Positions 59,212-64,000 of a DNA stretch of 64,000 nucleotides are shown here, in pieces. A model generated the notes under the pieces. It was not told the DNA's origin. It saw only the letters and a program-made list of their open reading frames with translations, and searched no databases. The position numbers were made by a program, and so were the translations under genes. This DNA is from Bigelowiella natans CCMP2755 (taxonomy: Eukaryota > Protista > Cercozoa). Position 1 is the first letter of the stretch. Each line of letters opens with the position of its first letter. The stretch covers positions 1 through 64,000 of the forward strand of contig ADNK01000785.1 of the NCBI GenBank assembly GCA_000320545.1, read 5' to 3'.

Positions 59212-61050
59212 GGTAGGAAGCGCCAATGGCCGCAAAAACCTCCCGTTGCTTTGCACAATGTGCAACAGCTCCAGAATCGAACTCACTGCAACGCACGTGC
59301 AGTTCGATTCGGTGGCTCAGGGCACGGCCTGCCACGATGATCCTGCACAACCAGTTGCAATGCTTGAGTTGCACGGTGAGTGGCGATGCATGCTCGCACC
59401 TTCCGCTCGTTCTGCATGCGAACCGAACAGAAGTGCAGCCATCCGCTTCACCGTCAACTGCATCTACATCACTGATGTCAGAATGCATCACTCGTGACAG
59501 CTGACGCCACAATTACGAGGAGGAAAGCTCTCACGAAGAGCAGCCATCCGCCTCCCCAATTTGCAAATTTGTTACCGAATTAATTTCGGTTTCGAAAAAT
59601 TCGAAAAAATTCGAAATGCGAAATTGTAAAAAACAATCTTTGTGCACTAAGCACTATTTCATTTTCTCAAAATGGGGTTGATCCTACGAAAATGCAAAAT
59701 GATCGCAAAAAATGCAGGCGGTTATTACGCCAAGCGAGAAAAATGTCAGGAAAATATCCACACACTCACAAAAATACGAAGGTGGAATGGAAGGGAGAGA
59801 GGGGGGGGAGGGGGAAAGGAAAGGAAAAAATCAAGGTGACCCCTAACCCCCCTTCAAGTTGCAAATTGAGTGGCCTTTGCATTTTTTATTATGAACATCC
59901 TTTCTTTTCAAAGGAAAGGACTTGAACCAATTACTTTGTTTGTTTCCGTTCTGTTCGCTACAATCAGTACGCGAACCAGAAGGATTTTCCTCCGGACCAA
60001 AGGTCCGTAAAGGAAATGCGGTGTGGGAAAGGTAATTGTTCAATATTCTTTTTGCATTGGTGTCCTTTCTTTATCAAAGACAAGGATACAAACTAACTTG
60101 ATCATTTTTCCTTTGCATATTCCAGCAAAAGGCGGGTTTCAATTTCGTGAAACCATCCGCCTCGCAAAGCGAAAAATTATCCGGGAAGAACCGGAAAGGT
60201 AGGAAACCAATAATCGCAGGGTGTAGTTAGCATCAAGCAACTACAGGTTCCTTTCTCTCCTTAATGCTTAACCGGAAAATTTATAATTCAATACCAGTTA
60301 TAATAACCGAGTATTCTATTGTGTTTATAGGTTCGAACTGAGCCTGAAAACTAATTCTCAACAAGGTAATCCTTATCACTCGTAGGACACCACTGCAGAT
60401 AGCAATGTTGAGTATATTATATATCGGGGTTAACCCGCATATATTTATTAGTAGCGGTGTTGCTTAATTTAATACCAGCAACACCCTACAAATTCTATAG
60501 ATTTTATATAGGCTCACAGTTGCATAATTAACATGCCAACTGTAGCTCTATAGAATGATATTCTTTTGATATAAGCCAGCTTATTGCTGCATATAGTAAT
60601 ATATTGAAACCAGCCATATAACTGAACACTTATTGTGTCAGTATTAGCTCGGTATATAACTATAATTATAATATATCAGCTATGCTGCATACACTATAAT
60701 TTCATAGTTCCTATTAAGTATAGAACACATATCAGCGTTAATTGCTGCATATATTTCAGATGTTAATATAACAGTTAATACAACTGTATGTATTCTATAG
60801 CGATACTTACTGTAGTAAAGTATTACAAGTAATGTATCCTATAATTTATAGGTTTGTCTTGGACGCCTCCCCAGCAGCAGCAAGTGCTCCCCCCAGCCGC
60901 AGAGGCTAACGCCTCCCGAGCTGGAGAAGCTTGAGGCTTATAGGGGTTAGTATAACACCCCATACGGTATGTATGTTAACCATCACACACCGTGATAGAC
61001 ACCTATATATATAATATATATATACTATAGGTAGTGGAGGAGAAGCCTGG

Positions 61051-61128
61051 CGTCACGTATTAAGCGTCGACGCCAGCAACCATGTAGAAGGACTATTCCA
61101 GCCTATCGTCACGTATTAAACGTCGACG
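61051..61128. repeat. 22-bp direct repeat CGTCACGTATTAARCGTCGACG x2 in the Copia 3' UTR
   Basis: Copies at ~61051 and ~61107. Confidence 0.85.
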
Positions 61129-61189
61129 GAGGCTAACGCCATGCCCCTTAAAGGCGACATGCGCCGGCTTAACCGGCGTTATAGAGGTA

Positions 61190-64000
61190 CTATTTAGTAC
61201 GTATATTAGCGTAGAACTTCTGGCAACATGCCAGTGTCGGTGTTCGGCCTATAGGTTTAGTCAATATATCTGCAGGTTGTTCCTTGCCAGATATATGATA
61301 TAGTCGTATAACGTCATCACGTATGAGTTGTCTAACGTTATGGTACGCAACCCTTATTGACTTAGACTTCTTTGTAAAGCCAGGGTTGGTGGCTATCCGG
61401 ATGGCAGGCTGACAGTCTTCAAATACAGGTATTTTCATTAATATTTTCTTGTTAGGCTCGAAGCCTAATTCTTTAACTAACTGTGTAGCATATACTATAT
61501 CACGCCCTAGCTGAGACATACTCATGTATTCAGCTTCGGCTATGTGATTAGCTACCACAGTCTGTCTGTGTGAGCCGTATAATACAGGGCCACCGCAGAA
61601 CTGTAAGAAGTAACCTGATCTGCTTTTGCCATCCTTCTCAGTCATGTGAGTAGCATCGGCGTATCCCTCGAAGCCTCGCTCAGGTCGGTTGTAGCATATT
61701 TTATAGTGTTTAGTATTTAGTAAATACTTCATAACCCTATACGCCATTTTCAAGTGGCTTTCCCTTGGGTCCTGCGAATGTACTGCCAGTAGCGATAAGG
61801 CCGCGACTATGTCCGGTCGTGTAGCTACTGCAACGTATAAACAGGCACCAATGACTGACCTAAATAATGTTTGATCTACTTTAGGTTCACTGCTACAGTC
61901 CTTCCTTATATCCATCGGAATCGGAGTCCGGGCGCGCTTAGAAGGTAAGATTTTAAATCTTTCACACATCTTCGTGATGTATTTTTCTTGACAGACAGAG
62001 TAACAACCTCTGCTGTCTCTTTCTATCTGTAAACCTAAGCACTTTTGCACTGGGCCAAGATAGTGCATTTCGTATTCCTTCATTAAATTTTCAACAACGT
62101 AGTCTTTATCTTTCTCGTTTTGAAAACATAGAAGGGTATCGTCTACGTAGATGCCCACTATGACTTTTCTATCTTCTCCTCTGTCCAACACAAATAAGCA
62201 TGGGTCTGTCTCCATTTGTTTGAAACCCATCTTAGTGAGAGACCTTACGAATGTTCGGTTCCATATGTATGCTGATTGTTTTAGACCGTAGATAGATTTA
62301 TTTAACTGACAGGCTGCATTAGCCCTGTCATTCATAATCTCTTCTTCTTGTTTACTCCTACAATCTCCTTTTTCTAACCCATCAGGTATTTCAAGGTAGA
62401 CATCGGCGTCAATCTGGCCGTAGAGGTAAGCTGTACGTATGTCTATGTTGTGTATTATTAGCTTGTATCTGGAGCACAACGCTAATAGTATACGTAGAGA
62501 TGCCTGTGAGAGAGTCGGTGCATACGAGCGAAACCATTCAACGCCTCGGCGTTGATCGAATCCTCTTGCCACCATACGAGACTTGTAGCGAATAGACCCG
62601 TCAGGGTTTAGTTTCTTTTTAAATACCCATTTAGTAGAAACTAACTTACCTTTCGGTCGTCTAACTATATCCCATGTATGTCTCTTAACTAACGATCTAA
62701 TTTCATCCTTTATTGATGGTAACCAATACTTCTTCTCAGGTCCAGTAACAGCCTCGCGGAAGGTTTTAGGTATGTCTAATATATCATGTACAGACACATC
62801 AACATCCTTTAATATAACCTCCCCGGTGCTTTGATCAAGAGCGGCGAACATACGTTCCGCCGTTTTTATCTTGTCATATTCTAATCGTGGATGTTTGTAC
62901 TCTTCAGCGAATAAGCTATTGCCAGCATGGGCAACAGAGGTAATACACTGCTCTTCATCCTGCATGGCCTGAAAATCCATTAGAGCATAGACGCCGTAGT
63001 TAAGGCCTATCATCGCCGGAGGCACGTTCTTATTAGATCTCTTAGAGACTCTAGTAGGTAGTTGAGGTGCCTCCTTACGCTTATGCTTTGCTTTGTCTAT
63101 CTCAGGCGCAGTTGAAGAACTCATTCCTCCCGTGGATATCGGCAGCTTTATAGGTAAAGGTAACGTAGTGTCTGCTCTCTCCTCACCATCATCCTTCTTA
63201 GTAGCGATGGTAGCTGATGATGATGATGATGACATCGCATCTATCTTCTTAGCGAGAGTACTCAGCGTATCATGTAATGATTTAATAAAATCCATTACAC
63301 TAGTATTATTCGTACTATGAGAAGAAGATTCTGACTCATCTCTCTTCTTGCTCGCAGAAACCTCGCCTTTATCCATCTCGACGTCAGAGTCCTCAGGATC
63401 CCGATATTGAGGTAGCTGTTGTCTTAGAGTAGCAGAGCGAAACACACTTTGATACCACTTATCCACATTCGCTTTTTCTATAATTTTACCGGTATCGGTA
63501 CTGACTGTGTACGTGCCATGTCTCGTATCATATCCGAGCATGCGTACATACTGTCCAGTATCCTCTAACCGTGACCTTTTGCGCAATTGTTTATCCACCG
63601 ATAGTACACCGATACAGCCAAACACCACTAAATTACTCAGGTCTGGCTTCTTCTTGTAATAGAGCTCGTAGGGAGTCTTCGTGTTATCGGCAGAGTGAGG
63701 TGTTCGATTCATAGTGTAGATCACATAATCTAACGCGTAACACCAATACCGTAACGATATACCGCATTGCTTTGTTATCGTACGTATTTTAGTCGTCACC
63801 GTTTGTATCGCTCTCTCAGACATTCCGTTCTGTTCTGGCGTTCGCGGCGTACTAGGATTAAAGGTAATACCGTTCTTGTCTAGAAATTTCTGTAGCGAAG
63901 TAGCCGTAAATTCGGAGCCATTATCCGAACGGAATTCTACAATGTGCGACCCGTATGCGTTTTTATGCTTGCGCAATATACTGCGCGTAAGCGCCGGTAT
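61190..64000 (-). CDS. Copia Pol (integrase, RT, RNase H), 5'-truncated by the window edge
   Basis: RSDNGSEF..TPEQNGMSER, KWVFKKK..YKSRMVARGF, SIYGLKQS, YVDD, YADA, QPADILTK. Frame uninterrupted. Confidence 0.96.
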   Translation of the reverse strand: MPALTRSILRKHKNAYGSHIVEFRSDNGSEFTATSLQKFLDKNGITFNPSTPRTPEQNGMSERAIQTVTTKIRTITKQCGISLRYWCYALDYVIYTMNRTPHSADNTKTPYELYYKKKPDLSNLVVFGCIGVLSVDKQLRKRSRLEDTGQYVRMLGYDTRHGTYTVSTDTGKIIEKANVDKWYQSVFRSATLRQQLPQYRDPEDSDVEMDKGEVSASKKRDESESSSHSTNNTSVMDFIKSLHDTLSTLAKKIDAMSSSSSSATIATKKDDGEERADTTLPLPIKLPISTGGMSSSTAPEIDKAKHKRKEAPQLPTRVSKRSNKNVPPAMIGLNYGVYALMDFQAMQDEEQCITSVAHAGNSLFAEEYKHPRLEYDKIKTAERMFAALDQSTGEVILKDVDVSVHDILDIPKTFREAVTGPEKKYWLPSIKDEIRSLVKRHTWDIVRRPKGKLVSTKWVFKKKLNPDGSIRYKSRMVARGFDQRRGVEWFRSYAPTLSQASLRILLALCSRYKLIIHNIDIRTAYLYGQIDADVYLEIPDGLEKGDCRSKQEEEIMNDRANAACQLNKSIYGLKQSAYIWNRTFVRSLTKMGFKQMETDPCLFVLDRGEDRKVIVGIYVDDTLLCFQNEKDKDYVVENLMKEYEMHYLGPVQKCLGLQIERDSRGCYSVCQEKYITKMCERFKILPSKRARTPIPMDIRKDCSSEPKVDQTLFRSVIGACLYVAVATRPDIVAALSLLAVHSQDPRESHLKMAYRVMKYLLNTKHYKICYNRPERGFEGYADATHMTEKDGKSRSGYFLQFCGGPVLYGSHRQTVVANHIAEAEYMSMSQLGRDIVYATQLVKELGFEPNKKILMKIPVFEDCQPAIRIATNPGFTKKSKSIRVAYHNVRQLIRDDVIRLYHISGKEQPADILTKPIGRTPTLACCQKFYANIRTK

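Larger units (their letters stand above)
60240..64000 (-). mobile_element. Ty1/Copia LTR retrotransposon, 3' part; LTR boundary unresolved, continues beyond the window
   Basis: IN-RT-RH order. The left limit is only a compositional estimate from a TpA-rich block. Confidence 0.85.

Noticed and set aside
59580-60240. Possible MITE or DNA-transposon remnant between the retroelements
   Set aside because: No terminal inverted repeats or TSD could be identified.

Overview
Gene-dense, intron-rich eukaryotic nuclear DNA with GT-AG introns packed with microsatellites. A RAF1-like Rubisco chaperone with a signal-plus-transit presequence suggests an alga with a green secondary plastid, most likely a chlorarachniophyte (inference). 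Hand-spliced genes in order: a small EF-hand-like gene (-), eIF3e (+), a ~10 kb RCC1/BLIP-II-repeat multipass membrane gene (-), a UBC4/5 E2 (+), a CX5R phosphatase (-), a DUF2358 fragment (+), NDUFAF5 (-), a UBR1-like N-recognin (+), a class-III aminotransferase (-) and RAF1 (+). The last 11 kb hold an intact Ty3/Gypsy element with apparently identical 326-bp LTRs and the 3' part of a Ty1/Copia element. Main surprises: (1) the Gypsy integrase ends in a domain resembling the DIRS/phage Dam-like adenine methyltransferase; (2) islands of 230-500 bp contain no TpA at all; (3) CTAG/AGCT/CATG-rich patches mark convergent gene ends but not divergent promoters; (4) RAF1 appears to lack its dimerisation domain. 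The ~770-bp palindrome at the window start is probably a fold-back artefact. All gene models and family calls were made by eye without searches.
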